NCBI RefSeq assembly: GCF_004010195.1
Contig: NC_057719.1
Location: 35,216,137 to 35,280,136, forward strand
Reading direction: 5' to 3'
DNA from: Chiloscyllium plagiosum
Taxonomy: Eukaryota
Length of the DNA stretch: 64,000 bases
The notes below the pieces were generated by a model, which made no database searches, was not told the origin of the DNA, and worked only from the letters and a program-made list of their open reading frames with translations. Position 1 is the stretch's first letter, and every line of letters starts with the position of its first letter. Position numbers and translations under genes: made by a program. Below, piece by piece: positions 1 through 12,779 of the stretch.

Positions 1-470
1 GAGGTTGAGAGCCAAGTTCGGTAACCATGAGGACAGTCTCAACCAGAATCTTGACTTCATGTCGCCCTACAGCTGATCCCACCACACGATACACTCTCTC
101 ATAGACACTCACACACACACAGTCTGTCACACAAAAACACTCACACAGTCTCTGTCTCGCTCTCACACACTCTCTCGAGCGCGCAAGCTCACTCAACACA
201 TAAATCTACGGGGTAAATTCGCATTTGCAGATTTGTATTTACAGGTACATACTATTTTGTTCAAAAAGCACACTATTTGTAGAAAGTCAGTCAATGTGAC
301 ATTTTATAAGTTCCTGCTTTAGAAATAAAACCAGTCTGACTCCCAAGTCGTGAAACTGACTCCAAACCAGACCTCACGCCTAAAATGCATTGTCTCACCT
401 GAAATGTCACCTCTTTTATATTGATAAAGAGTTAAGTTATCTTGGGGCAGTGATTTGAAAGGAATTCTGG
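1..470 (+). mobile_element. Penelope-like element 3' relic (ORF C-terminus plus CA/CT-rich 3' region)
   Basis: Degenerate 'AKFGxHEDxLNxxLxFMSxY' type terminus at 1-76 followed by CA/CT-rich simple sequence. Confidence 0.45.
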
Positions 471-704
471 GATGTACATATTACACGTTTATACTCATGT
501 ATAGGTCAAACTTTTAAGACTATTTTAAAGGTTCAGTTTAGAGGGTCGACTAATACACAGGCACAAGTTTTGAGGGGCTGAAATTCATGTTGCATTTTGG
601 AATACTGTATTGGCAGAAGTTGATTTGATCGCACAACTAATTCTGAGTAAAGAAGAAAAACAATGAATTACAGTGAAGGTAATTACTGGTACAAAAAATT
701 TATC

Positions 705-1012
705 ATTGAATCCCTACAGTGTGGAAACGGGCATTTCAGCCCAACAAGTCCACACCACCCCTCCAAAGAGTAAACCATCCAGACCCATTCCCCCTATCCT
801 ATATTTACCCCTGACTAATACATCCCTGAACACTATGGGCAATTTAGCATGGCCAATTCACCTAATCTACACACCTTTGGATTGTGGGAGGAAACTGAAG
901 CACCTGGAGGAAACCCATACAGGCACAGGGAGAATGTGCAAACTCCACACAGTTGTCTAAGGCTGGAATCGAACCCGGGTCCCTGGCGCTCTGAGGCAGC
1001 AGTGCTAACCAC
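705..1012 (-). mobile_element. HE1-like tRNA-derived SINE
   Basis: B box GGTTCGATTCC on - strand; body and LINE-like tail (..ccacactgtaggga) shared with other copies. Confidence 0.8.
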
Positions 1013-1338
1013 TTTACATTTTACATTACATTACATTACAGTGTGGAAACAGGCCCTTTGGCCCAACAAGTCCACACCGACCCACCGAAGCGCAACCCAC
1101 CCATACCCCTACATTTACCCCTTACCTAACACTACAGGCAATTTAGCATGGCCAATACACCTGACCTGCACATCTTTGGACTGTGGGAGGAAACCGGAGC
1201 ACCCGGAGGAAACCCACGCAGACACGAGGAGAACGTGCAAACTCCACACAGTTGTCCAAGGCAATTGAAGCGGGAATTGAACCTGGGTCTCTGGCGCTGT
1301 GAGGCAACAGTGCTAACCACTGGACCACCATGCTGCCC
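1013..1338 (-). mobile_element. HE1-like tRNA-derived SINE with (TGTAA)n tail
   Basis: A box TGGTCCAGTGG and B box GGTTCAATTCC on - strand; TTACA repeats at 1013-1040. Confidence 0.85.
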
Positions 1339-1398
1339 CAATATCAAACAGTCTTTGAAATCGTGCAAAATAACACTCTTCAACATTGTCATGGCCTG

Positions 1399-2217
1399 GG
1401 AGAAAGTGAGGACTGCAGATGCTGGAAACCAGAGTTGAAAAATGTGGTGCTGGAAAAACACAGCAGGTAAGGCAGCATCTGAGGAGCAGGAGAATCGATG
1501 TTTAAGGCATAAGCCCTTCTTCAGGAATGAGGCTGCTGTGCTAAGTGGGCTGAGATAAAGGGTAGAGGGGAGGGAATTTGGGGGAGGGGTGCTGGGAATA
1601 TAATAGGTGGAAGGAGGTGAGGGTGATAGGCCGGAGAGGGAGTGGGGACGGAGAGGTCGGGAAGAAGATTGCAGGTCAAGAGGCGGTGCTGAATCCAGGG
1701 GTTGGGACTGAGATAAGGTGGGGGGAGGGGAAATGAGGAAGCTGGAGGAATCTACATTCATCCCGTGTGTTTGGAGGGTTCCTAGGCGGAAGATGAGGCC
1801 CTCTTCCTCCAGACCTGCATGTCATTGGCAGGGTGGGAGGGGGAGTTAAAGTGTTCAGCCACAAGGTGGTTGGGTTGGTTGGTGCAGGTGTCCCAGAGAT
1901 GTTCCCTGAAACATTCCGCAAGTAGGCGGCATGTCTCCCCAATGTAGAGGAGACCACATCAGGTGCAACGGATACAGTAAATGATGTGTGTGGAGGTGCA
2001 GGTGAATTTGCGACGGATATGGAAGGATCCATTGGGGCCTTGGAGGGAGGTGAGGGGGGAGGTGTGGGCGCAAGCTTTGTACTTCTTGCGGTTGCAGGGG
2101 AAGGTGCCAGATATATTTCCCTCCCCACCCCTATCAGCGTTCCAGAGAGACCACTCCCTTCGCGACTCCCTTGTCAGGTCCACACCCCCTACCAACCCAA
2201 GCTCCACTCCCGGCACT
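1399..2217 (-). mobile_element. Penelope-like retroelement (family A), GIY-YIG region plus 3' repeat, with inverted 5' segment
   Basis: Minus strand reads GTFPCNRK..C..FTCTSTHIIYCIRC..CGLLYIGET..AERFREH (GIY-YIG endonuclease); terminus ..CACTTTCTCC; 2111-2217 in opposite orientation. Confidence 0.85.
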
Positions 2218-2489
2218 GATTTTGGTTTAAGTGAAACATGTGGTTTTCTTTGTAAGAGGTTCATAATATGTAGGGTCAACCTATACATGAAATATATGGA
2301 AAACACGAGTTTTTGGCTAAAATAAAGGGTTGACTTACACATTAGACTTGAGTATATCTGGTAATCAATTGCCAGCACCCCCCCCTGCCTCCATTCTACC
2401 TGATTTAAAGATTTAACAGCCACATCGGTTGTATGACTCTTTGATCTTTTACTTATAAATTCTAAGTCTAAGGCCTCCCTCTCTCACTA

Positions 2490-2565
2490 GCCCCTGAAGA
2501 GGGAGCATGGCTCCAATAGCTTGTATTTTGTGGGACTATTACCTGGTGTCATGTGATTTTTGACC
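2490..2565 (+). mobile_element. Penelope-like terminal repeat (family D) with degenerate hammerhead motif
   Basis: CTGAAGA-G-GGAGC-ATG-GCTCC-AATAGCTT then ggactattacctggtgtcatgtga, homologous to 35622-35700. Confidence 0.55.
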
Positions 2566-3088
2566 TACCTCCTGAAACAAATCATCTAGGTAACTATCTC
2601 CCTCCCTGATGTGTTGCAATGTCCTAGGTTTGAATTCTGATTCATCAGCTTTGTGAATTGGCCTGACGTCTTTTCAGTGAGTTGGAAGCTCTTAATAAAG
2701 ATAATTCTTTTCAGCTTTGTAATGCCAGAGCATCAAAGGCACAAAAAAAGCCTTGAGGAAAGGTTGCCTAATTATAATAATAATTTCATAGTATGTGACA
2801 GCAGCCTGTACTCTACTGAGGACCCACTTCCCTTGTTATTCTTGTAGTTGATGAATTAAGGTGAAGGTGGAGTTTATAAATAGTATTGAGAAGTGTTTCA
2901 AAATAATAGGAAGGTTCTTCTACATTTAATTTATTTCAAACCTATTTAAAAAGATTTGGGTTCCTCAGTGATCAGATTATACAACCCTCTTTATTTTAAA
3001 TATATTTAATACATATATTTATAAAAGATCAATACCCTGGTGTGCAAGGGGCAATTTCAAAGTTTGAGGACCGCACAAGTCTCCGGAG

Positions 3089-4790
3089 AATTGAATTTAA
3101 TTTAATTGAATTTATTGTCACTTGTACTGAAGCACAGTAAAAAGTTTTGTCTTGCGAACAATACAGATATATCACAGAGTTAAGTAGCATAGATAAGTAA
3201 ATAATAGGTAAACAGCGGCAGAAACAAAAACACAGGCACAGGCAAATGTTAAGGGTTTGTGAGACAATCAGTATTCTAACAACAGTAGGGTAGAAATTGT
3301 TTTGAAATCAGCTAGTGCGTGTGCTCAGGCTTCTGTACCTTCTCTCTGATGGAAGAGGTTGTAGAAAAACTTTGCCAGGATGGGATGGATCTTTGCGAAT
3401 GCTGGCAGCCTTATCTTAACAGCGAGGCTGGTAGGTGGATTCTATAGATGGGCCTTTTGTGATTGTCTGGACCAAGTTCACCACTCTCTGTAGATGTCTC
3501 TGATCTTGAATGGTACAGTTGCCATACCAGGTAGTGATACATTCAGACAGAATGCTCTCAATGACGCACCTATACAAGTTGGCAAGGGTATTTGCTGTCA
3601 TGCCAAATTTCCTCAGCTGCTTGAGGAAGAAGAGACGTTGTTGGGCCTTTGTAACCAGTGCGTCCACATGAAGAGTCCAAGAAAGCTTGTTGTGGATGAC
3701 CACTCCTAGGAGCTTTACATTCTCCACTCATTCCACCTCTGTGCTGTTAATGTGTAGGGGGGGATGAGTAACATCCTACCGAAAGTCAATAATGAGTTCC
3801 TTGGTTTTGCCGGCATTGAGAGCTAGGTTGTTCTCAGTGCACCATTTTTCTAGGTCTTCCACCTCCCAACAAGTAGTCTATTTAGTCGCTATCTGAGATT
3901 TGACCGACTATGGTGGTGTCATCAGCAAACTTGTAAATGGCATTAGTCTGTTGGCGACGCAGTCATGGGTACACAGTGAGTACAGTACGGGGCTGAGTAT
4001 GCACCCTGGGAGGCTCCAGTGTTGAGTGTTAGTGAGGATGAAATATTGTCCCCAATCTTCACTGATTGTGGCCTGTGGGTCAGGAAACTGAGGATCTAGT
4101 TGCATAGAGTGGGAGATCCTAAGTTTAGTATTCAGTCTCGAGGGAATAATAATGTTGAAGACTGAACTGTAGTCAATGAGTAGGATTCTCACTTAGCTAT
4201 TCTTGGTGTCAAGATGTTCTAGGGAGGAGTGAAGGGCAAATGATATAGCATCTTATGTGGATCTGTTGGTCAGATAGGCAAATTGGAGTGGGTCAAGAAT
4301 AGTGGGGAGGCTGGAGTTGATTAATGCCACGACCACTGAAGTTAGGGCCATTGGGCGGTAATCATTGAGACATGCTGCATGAGTCTTCTTAGGCACAGGG
4401 ATGATGTTGGCCCTCTTGAAACAGGGAGGGTCAGGTTGAAGATGTCCGAGCAGACCTCTGCCAGTTGATCTGTGCATTTTCTGAGTGCACGGCCTGGTAC
4501 TCCATCTGGTCCCATCGCTTTCCTTGGATTCACACGAAGGAAAACTGATCTGACCTCTGATGCAGTGACTGTTGGGATAGCTTTGTCAGGACTTGTCAGA
4601 ATAGGTGTTACCTCTCTGCCGAAATTCTGCACCAAGCAAGCATAGAAAGCATTGAAATGATCTGGGAGGAATGTGTCATCGTCTGCTATCTTGCACTGTC
4701 TCTTTTTAGAGTTTTGTGATGTCATTCAGTCCTTACCATAGTTGCCGGGTGTTTGTCTGAGTCTCTAGTTTGGATAGGTATTGGTCCCTG
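3089..4790 (-). mobile_element. Rex1/Babar-type LINE, 5'-truncated, decayed RT
   Basis: ORF fragments [64 protein letters not shown]-rich repeat tail near 3089-3115. Confidence 0.85.
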
Positions 4791-5345
4791 TAAATTGTGA
4801 GAAAAGCAGTATAGAACCTCAAAAAGATATATTGGTAGAGTGTGCTTGTAGATGGTAGATAAAGTTCAGTGCAGAGACCTGTAGAACTGAGGTGATAAAC
4901 CTTTGGTATGGGGACACAGCGGGACAGTGGAAAGTAAAGGGTACTACTCTAAAGGGTGCGCAAAAGGTGAGTGCATAAGTCATTAAAGGTGGCAGAATAA
5001 GTAGGCTTCATTATAGGAGTATAGTGTAAGAGAGGGGAGGATATAGTGTAACACTAGTTAGACCTCAGCTGAGTAGTACATACAATTTTGGATGCCACCC
5101 TATAGAAAGGACGTGAATGCGTTGGAGGAAGTGCAGCAGAGATTTGTAAAAGTGGTTTCAGGGATGAGACATTTCAATTATAAGGAAAGGCTAGGGAAGT
5201 TGCTTCCTTTAGACAGAAGACAATTAAGAAGAGATTTGATAGGAGTTTTCAAAATCATGAAGGTTCTGGGCAGAGTAGATAGGGAGAAACTGTTGTAAAC
5301 AGATTGAGAACTAGAGGATACAGTTTTGAAGTGTTTTGAAAAAGA
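4791..5345 (+). mobile_element. CR1-type LINE 3' fragment
   Basis: PYRKDVNALEEVQQRF...RRDLIGVFKIMK, CR1 ORF2 C-terminus. Confidence 0.75.
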
Positions 5346-5351
5346 TGGTGA

Positions 5352-6113
5352 CTAGTTTTGAGAAGATTTGTAGTCCAGGTTGAGGTTCTGGATGTAGGTT
5401 TGCTTGCTGAGCTGGAAGGTTCATTTTCAGACGTTTTGTCACCACACTAGGTAACATCATCAGTGAGCCTCCAGATAAAGCACTGGTGGCCTGGCCCGCT
5501 TTCTATTTATGTCTTTAGGTTTCCTTGGGTTGATGATGTCATTCCCTGTGGCGACGTCATTTCCTGTTCTTTTCTCGGGGGTGGTAAATTGGGTCCAAGT
5601 CAATGTGGTTGTTGATAGAGTTCGAGTTGGAATGCCATGCTTTTGGGAATTCTCTGTAGTGTTTGTTACAGTCTACTACATTGGACAAACAGGCAGAAAA
5701 CTAGCCACCAGGATACATGAACATCAACTAGCCACAAAAAGACATGATCCACTCTCACTCATATCTTTACATACAGATGAGGAAGGACACCACCTCGACT
5801 GGGACAACACATCCATCCTAGGACAAGCCAAACAGAGACACGCATGAGAATTCCCAGAAGCATGGCATTCCAACTGGAACTCTATCAATAAACTCATTGA
5901 CTTGGATCCCATTTACCACCCCCTAAGAAAAAGAAAAGGAAATGATGTCACCACAGAGAATTACATCACCAACCCAAGGGAACCTAAACACATAAATAGA
6001 AAGTGGGCTACACCACCAGTGCTTCATCCGGAAGCTCACTGATGATGTTACCTAGTGTGGTGGTGAAACATCTAAAAACGAACCTTCCAGCTCAGCAAGC
6101 AAACCTACATCCA
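5352..6113. mobile_element. Penelope-like element (family B) as a fold-back insertion
   Basis: Inverted arms about 5352-5655 and 5845-6113; + arm encodes YYIGQTGRKLATRIHEHQ (GIY-YIG); hammerhead motif in each arm. Confidence 0.85.
6036..6075 (+). ncRNA. Minimal hammerhead ribozyme motif, family B (decayed)
   Basis: CTGATGA-T-GTTACC-TAGTGT-GGTGGT-GAAACATC; mirror copy at 5427-5467 reads CTGATGA-T-GTTACC..GGTGAC-AAAACGTC-TGA. Confidence 0.6.
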
Positions 6114-7299
6114 CAATGTAAGATGATCTTTGATAATCTGATCTCTAAGGAAATCCAATCTTTCCGAAAGTTTTGAAATAAATTTAATTAAGAAAGATTT
6201 TCCGATTGTTTTGAAACACCTCTCTAAATATAAAACATAAACACACAGGTTAGGGTCAGCAGTTCTCTAATTTTGGTGGAAGCAGGTTAGATTGAGGCAT
6301 TCAAGATGGCATTGTTTCCAAATAAATAATCACCCAATGTGCAAGGTTATGAGGAAAGAAGATTGTCACTAAGTTGAAGTATCAGACATGATGGGTCTAG
6401 TGGTCTCATTCAGCACTTTAACAACGCTGATTCTAAGTTTAAACTGACCAGCAAAAAGTAGAGGAAATAATAAACATACAGAAAGCTTTTACTTTTAGTA
6501 ATTTGGCTTGAAATCTCTTTTTTCAGATGCATATAGATCCTCCACCACTGAATAGGTACTGTGAAACAAATTTTGAAAATTATTTTCTTATGTTATTCCC
6601 AGAATTGATGCTTAACTAATTTAAGCACATAATGAACATAGTTTTTTTTTCACATTTTACTTGTACTTAATAGAGTGATTTGTTAAAATGAAGTAGTAAA
6701 TTTTATGTTTAGCCAGCAGAAGCTTAATTAAATACTTGAACACTTCACATCTATTTTCATTGAATAATATAACCTTATGCAAGTTAGACTGAAAGAATGA
6801 AGTGGTCAGATTCCAACATTTAAACTCCATGTTTACTACACAGAATCCAAAAAAAGCAGTCACTACCTATATTCTAAAATCCAACATTCACATCAATTAA
6901 ACAGAATTAATGGGTGAATTAGGTTGATTGTTGAACCAATTCAAAATTTACAATATACTCGGCATATTTATCATCAATCTCTGTCATAAAGTGTTCAAAA
7001 TTACTTATGAATATTTTCAGCTTCTACACTTCAGTCTGATTCCTAACCAATGTCAGCCAACCTAGATGGACAGTCTACACCAGAAATGAAACATGCGTGG
7101 AAAGCCTCTTCAGGTTTTGCTTACAATGCTCTGGAATTTCAAAGATCCACTAATCTTATCTTTAAGTAGTGGAAAGAGCTACAACAACAATACGTTTGTC
7201 TAATCCCTCTTTCAGGATCTACCTTCCCTTTTCTTTAGTCTGCCTGTAATGCATCACTGGGTTCAATGTCATCGAATTGAGCTCTGATGACTTGTGTTC

Positions 7300-7836
7300 T
7301 TCATACGAACAAGGAGCAAGAGTAAGCTACTTGGCTCTTCGGGGCTGCTTTGCTATTCAACAAGATTACAGCTGATCTGATTTTAACCTCTATCTTCCTG
7401 CACATCTACAAATTTTTCATTCCCTAAGTAATCAGGAAACTATCTACATCTTTTGAGGAAGGGAAATCTGAAGACTCCAAATCTTCTGAGACAAAAAATG
7501 TTTCTTCTTCACTCTTAAAAGGGTGGCCCCCTATTTTGTAATCTGTGACCTCTAGTTCAAAGTTCTTCCCAAGAGGAAAAGTCCTTTTGACATTCACCCA
7601 GTCAGGTTCCCTCAGGCTCTTCTGTTTCAGTGAAGTCACTTTGTCACTTTTCTAAATTCAATATTCAGCCTAACCTATCTAGCCTTTCCTGATGAGATGA
7701 TCTGCTCATTCCAGTATTAGATCACTAAACCTTCTCCAAACTACTTCCAATGCATTAACATCCTTCCATAAGTATGGAGACCAGTATTACAGATAGACCA
7801 CCAGATGTGAGCTCACCAATGCCCTATATAACTGAA
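7300..7836 (-). mobile_element. CR1-type LINE 3' fragment
   Basis: Homologous to other CR1 ORF2 C-terminus and 3' UTR copies in the window. Confidence 0.65.
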
Positions 7837-9142
7837 GGAGAAAGTGAGGACTGGAGATCAGAGTCAAAACGTGTGGTGCTGGAAAAGCACAGCAGGCCAG
7901 GCACCATCTGAGGAGTAAGAAAGTTGACGTTTTGGGCATAAGCCCTTTATCAGGAATCTGCGTGGGTTGGGTGGGGGCTGAGAGATAAATGGGAGGGGGT
8001 GGGGCTGTGGGAAGGTAGCTTGGAAGGTAATAGTAGGAGATTTGGGTGGGGGGGTGATGGTGATAGGTCGGAGCAGAGGGAGGAGCGGATAAGTGGGAAG
8101 GAAGATGAACACGTAGGACAGTTCAAGAGGGTGGTGCCAAGTTGGAGGGTTGGATCTGGAATAAGGTGGGCGGAGGGGAGATGAGGAAACTGGTGAAATT
8201 GACATTAATGCTGTGTGGTTAGGGGTTCCCAAGCAGATGAGGCATTCTTCCTCCAGGCGGCAGGTGGCTTGGATTTGGCAGTGGAGGAGTCCCAGGACTT
8301 GCATGTCCTTGGTGGAGTGGGAGGGGGAGTTGAAGTGGCCAGCCACAGAGCGGTGGGGTTGTTGGGTGCGTGTTTCCAGGAGGGGTTCTCTGAACGGTTC
8401 CGCAATTTGGTATCCTGTCTTCCCAATATAGAGGGGACCACATCAAGAGCATGGCCTCCAAATCCTCCATGACTTTCAGTTCCCCAGCCCCCAATGCCTC
8501 ATCTTCACCATGGACATCCAGTCCCTGTGCACATCCATCTGCCATGACGACGGCCTCTAAGCCCTCCGTACCCCTCAACCGACACACTTTTTCAATTGCC
8601 TGAACTGGTCCTCACACTCAACAACTTCTTCTTCAAATCTTCCCTCCCACTTTCTCTAGACCAAAGGGGAAGCCATGGGCACCCGCATGGGCCCTGGCTA
8701 TGCCTGCCTTTTTAGGTATGTGGAATAGTCCATCTTTTTTCGTTACACTGACACTATTATCCACCTGTTCCTCTGCTACATTGATGACTGTGTATTGGCA
8801 CCACCTCGTGCTCCCACGAGGAGGTTGAACAGTTCATCAACTTCACAAACACCTTCCATGCTGACCTCCAGTTCACCTGGACCATCTCGGACATCTCCTT
8901 TCCCTTCCTGGACCTCTCCATCATCATTTCCAATGACTGACTCAACACAGACAAGTACTTCCAACCCACCTCCTCTCAACACTGCCCCCCCCCAATAAAA
9001 ACGCTATCCCTTACTCCCAATTCCTCCACCTCTGCCTCATCTGTTCCCAGGAGGAGTAATTCCACTCAGAACATCCCAGCTGGCGTCCTACCTCAAGGAC
9101 CGCAATTTCTCCTCCCATGTGGCCAACAATGCGCTCCAGCAA
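7837..9142. mobile_element. Penelope-like element (family A): 3' part on - strand (7837-8445), inverted RT segment on + strand (about 8450-9142)
   Basis: Minus strand: GPLYIGKT..IAERFRE and ..CACTTTCTCC end. Plus strand: IFTMDIQSL, ELVLTLNNF, GEAMGTRMGPGYACLF, YIDD-type RT motifs. Confidence 0.85.
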
Positions 9143-9144
9143 CT

Positions 9145-10610
9145 CTATAAAAATAAAGAGAGAAATCAAAGTGAACAAAGACCCCTTAGAAAATGATTCT
9201 GGGGAGATGGTTTTGAGGAGGAAAGAAATAACAAAGGAATTAAATAGATATTTTGCATTAGTCTTTATCATGGAAGATACTTTGGACATCCAATTAATAC
9301 TAAAGAATGCAAGGAAAGAATTAAGTGCCATCACCATCACTATAGAAGTAGTATTAGATAAACTTATGGGGCTAAAGGCAGATAAGTCCCCTGGCCCTAT
9401 GTCTTGCATCCTAGGATCCTAAAAGAAATAGCTCCATACATATTGAATGCATTAATTGTACTTTTTCAAAAATTGTTGGGTACTGGAGAAGCACCAGAGG
9501 TTTGGAAAATTGCTAATATAAAACCCCTATTTAAAAAGAAAAGGAGGCAAAAACCAGGTAAGTGTAAGATGATTAGCCCAATGTTTATTGGTGGAAAAGT
9601 ATGGCATCAATTATTTAGGAAGTAATAGCATTACGTTTGACAAATGATAATCTAAGCAAGCAGAGTTGATGTGGTTTCATGGCTGGACAGTAGCTCAGTG
9701 GTTAGCACTGCTTCCTCACAGCACCAGCGACCTGGGTTCAATTTTACACTCAAGGGACTGTCTGCGTGGAGTTTGCATGTTCTCCCCGTGTCTGAGTGGG
9801 TTTCCTCTGGGTGCTCTGGTTTCCTTCCACAGACCAAAGATGTGTAGGCCAGGTGGATAGGCCCTGCTAAAGTTTCCATAGCGTCCATGGATATGTAGGT
9901 TACGTGGATTAGCCATGGGAAATGCAGGATAGGGGAGTTGGTCTGGGTGGAATGCTGCTTGGAGAGTGGTTGTAGACTAGTTGGGCTGAATGGTCTGCTT
10001 CCATGCTGTGGAGTTTCTGTGATTCTGTGCAAGAGAAATCATGTCTAATTAATTTATTTCAGTGTTTTGAGGAAGTCTCAACCAGCGTGGGTAGAAGGAA
10101 TCCATTAGATGTGTTGTATTTGGACTTCCAGAAGTTGTTTGACAAAGTACTTCACAAATGGTTGAGTATTAAAATAAGAGCCCACAATGTTGGAGGTACT
10201 TTATTGGCATGGGTAGAAAATTGGCTAATGACAGGAAACAGCAAGTGGGAATAAGGAGTTCTGATGAAGAGTCACTAGATTCAAATTTCTCCCCACAGAT
10301 GCTGCCAAACCTGCTGAGTTTCGCCAGTAATTTCTGTTTTTCTTTACGGGATTCTTTTTCAGGTTTGCACCTCGTGACCAGTAGCATTGCATGGGGATCA
10401 GTGCTGGGACCATGACTGTGTAATGTATATTAATGACTTAGAAGAAGGAAGTGAATGGTGCTGTAGCCACATTTGTAGACAACACAAAGTTAGGTGGAAA
10501 GGCAGTTGCAGGATGGATACATAACGTTTACAGACAGAAATTGCCAGGATAAATAAATAGGCAAAAAGTTGGCAAATGAAGTATAATATAGAAGAATGTG
10601 AAGTTGTTCA
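9145..10610 (+). mobile_element. CR1-type LINE ORF2 fragment interrupted by a SINE and a family C repeat
   Basis: KADKSPGP, HPRILKE, SCLINL, YLDFQKLFDKV, GSVLGP motifs. Confidence 0.8.
9683..10025 (+). mobile_element. HE1-like tRNA-derived SINE
   Basis: A box TAGCTCAGTGG, B box GGTTCAATTTT, same body as other copies. Confidence 0.8.
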
Positions 10611-11599
10611 TAGAATCCCTACAGTGTGGAAACTGATCATTTGGCCAAACAAGTCCACGCCAACCCTCTGAAGAGTAATCTACCCCAGACCCATTTCCCT
10701 ATCCTATTACTCTACATTTACCCTGACTAATGTACCTAACTAAACACAGCCATCACATTTAACTGAAGAAATGATACTAGGGTTTCCTGATTTACTTTAT
10801 TGGCAATTAATTAGTAATATAATTGAAGGAGAAACAGACTATCAAAATTTCAACTGGCACACTCTCTAGCATTTTTGATAACTTCTTTATGGTGTACTTA
10901 CAGGGTTTCCTCAAAGAACATAAGTAATCTGATGTTTAAGTTCTTCAGACCTGTCAATGTGTTCTTATCTTTATTTAAATATTAAAACAATATGAAGTTA
11001 TAAAGCAGTGACAACTGCATTTATTTACCATGTGACCTTGTATAACTCATGAAACTTAAAGAATTTACTGCAAAAAGCAACTAGGTTCCATGCAAAAGAC
11101 ACAAAATCCCAGTCGGTATTTACAGTGTTTGGTACTTGCTTGTGCTATACAATATGCATTGAGCCGAGAAACTGAAAGAATCTCTCATTGTCAGTCAAAC
11201 AACAATTTTATACCGTCATATTTCTGGTAGATTTGTGTCCCAGCAGAATATCAGGGCCAATGTGTTTCTATGCCACTAGATATTTTTATATATTGATGTA
11301 AACAAAGGAGGATGTAGAAAAAAAGACATGATCTTATTTAATTTCAGGGTAGGTTTCAGTATGACTGGTGTCCTCAGATTTTTGGAGCTGGTAGCAGGGA
11401 GTCTTATTTTTGAGGCAAATGCTTTGAATTCAAAGCCAAGCCTCGAGAGTAAAGAACAGAAAGGGAGCCTTAGGTATTTTAGTATTTGTTACAATATCAA
11501 GTGATGTTACAGTTAGTATATCTTTTATTCAACAACATAGGAATGGCTAGTGGAGTTCTGTGACAAAGTTCTTGGTTGGTAGGCTATCGGATGAAACCG

Positions 11600-12205
11600 T
11601 AAAAGATGAAAGTATTGGTAGTCTGAACTGCTATACACAAGGCATTGGTGAGATGACACCTGGAGTATAATAACAGTTTTGGTCATCTGTTTAAGAAAGA
11701 ATGTTCTTGCTGTTGAGAGACTGCAGTGAAAGTTCACCAAATTGATTCCTGGGATGGCAGATTGATGTATGAGGAGAGATTGAGTGAAATAGATTGTACC
11801 TACTGGAGTATAGAAGAATGATGAGGGACCTCCTGGAAAGCTATGAAATTCTAACAGAACTAGACAGGTTAAATGCAAGAAGAATGTTCCTGATTAGAGG
11901 GGAAGTCCAGAACCAGGTTTTATGGTTTAGGATAAGGGAGTAAACCTTTTAAGACGAGATGAGGAGAAATGTCTTTGCCCAGCAAGTTGTGAACCTGTAG
12001 AATTCCCGACAACAGAAAGTGGCTGAGGCCAAAACATTGTGTTTTAAAGAGCAAAGTAGATATAGCTCTTGTGGCTAAAAGGATCAAGGGATACCGGGGG
12101 AGAGTGAGATCAGGGCATTGAGCACGATGATCAGCCATGATCATATTGAATGGTGGAGCAGGCTCAAGGGGGAGAATGGCTACACCTGCTCCTATCTTCT
12201 ATGTT
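11600..12205 (+). mobile_element. CR1-type LINE 3' end
   Basis: Decayed ORF2 C-terminus and 3' UTR ending cctgctcctatcttctatgtttcta. Confidence 0.7.
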
Positions 12206-12611
12206 TCTACTAATCTCCTATTTGTTTTGAAATTCTCACAGTTCATTAATCATGCAGATTGTGGATGTGTGGATAACGAGATTTGTAGCACATTTTTAGT
12301 CATGGTCTCAGCCACTACTCTATACTTTAATAAATCTCAATATGGAATGGTTATTATAATGTCTGTCCTTGTGAAATATAAAGAAAAAGTCACTATAACA
12401 CTCAGAAACTCAAAACTTAAAGTCACCTCCGTTAATGACTCCATGCATTAGTTAAAATTGAGCAGACCAAATAATAGTTTGACTGTGAAAAATAAACCAG
12501 CACATTCTGTTTGTAGTTTTACTTTAACTGCAGTAGTTTGACTGCAGGCAAAATTATTGTTTAATAGCACAGTTGACTTTACTAAGATGTCCAACACTTT
12601 TTTATTTACAG

Positions 12612-12690
12612 GGCGGAGGAACCCATTGCCTGAAGGTAAAATAAAGAGTTACATGTATCAACTATGTAAGTCCCTTGATTACATGCACAG
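12612..12690 (+). CDS. MOK: MOK (RAGE) kinase internal exon, 79 bp: (G)RRNPLPEGKIKSYMYQLCKSLDYMH(R)
   Basis: Polypyrimidine tract + tttacag acceptor, AG/gtaagg donor; peptide resembles recalled vertebrate MOK (GRRYPLSEKKIMHYMYQLCKSLDHIHR); frame joins next exon. Confidence 0.93.
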
Positions 12691-12779
12691 GTAAGGAAAG
12701 TATATGCAGTGAAAATAGGTATCGTAAATATTTTCCAGCCAATAATGTTAAGCTAAGTGGTAAACTGATAAAGAAGGTA

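Larger units (their letters stand above)
484..2361. mobile_element. Old Tc1/mariner-type non-autonomous DNA transposon split by nested SINE and Penelope insertions
   Basis: Degenerate TIRs ta|cacgtttatactcatgtataggtcaa ... ttgacttacac..gagtatatctgg|ta, with internal gggtcgact-like repeats. Confidence 0.4.

Noticed and set aside
1270..1338. tRNA-like A/B box sequences (also near 9685, 13862, 33800 and 52035)
   Set aside because: Heads of tRNA-derived SINEs joined to SINE bodies; no complete cloverleaf supported
673..1761. Several overlapping 60-200 aa ORFs
   Set aside because: Translations of SINE and Penelope terminal-repeat sequence that recur at other repeat copies; not host genes
1..12600. 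Upstream MOK exons (GEGTFSEV, ELMDMNIYELI) or a promoter
   Set aside because: No matching coding segment or CpG island seen; probably upstream of the window
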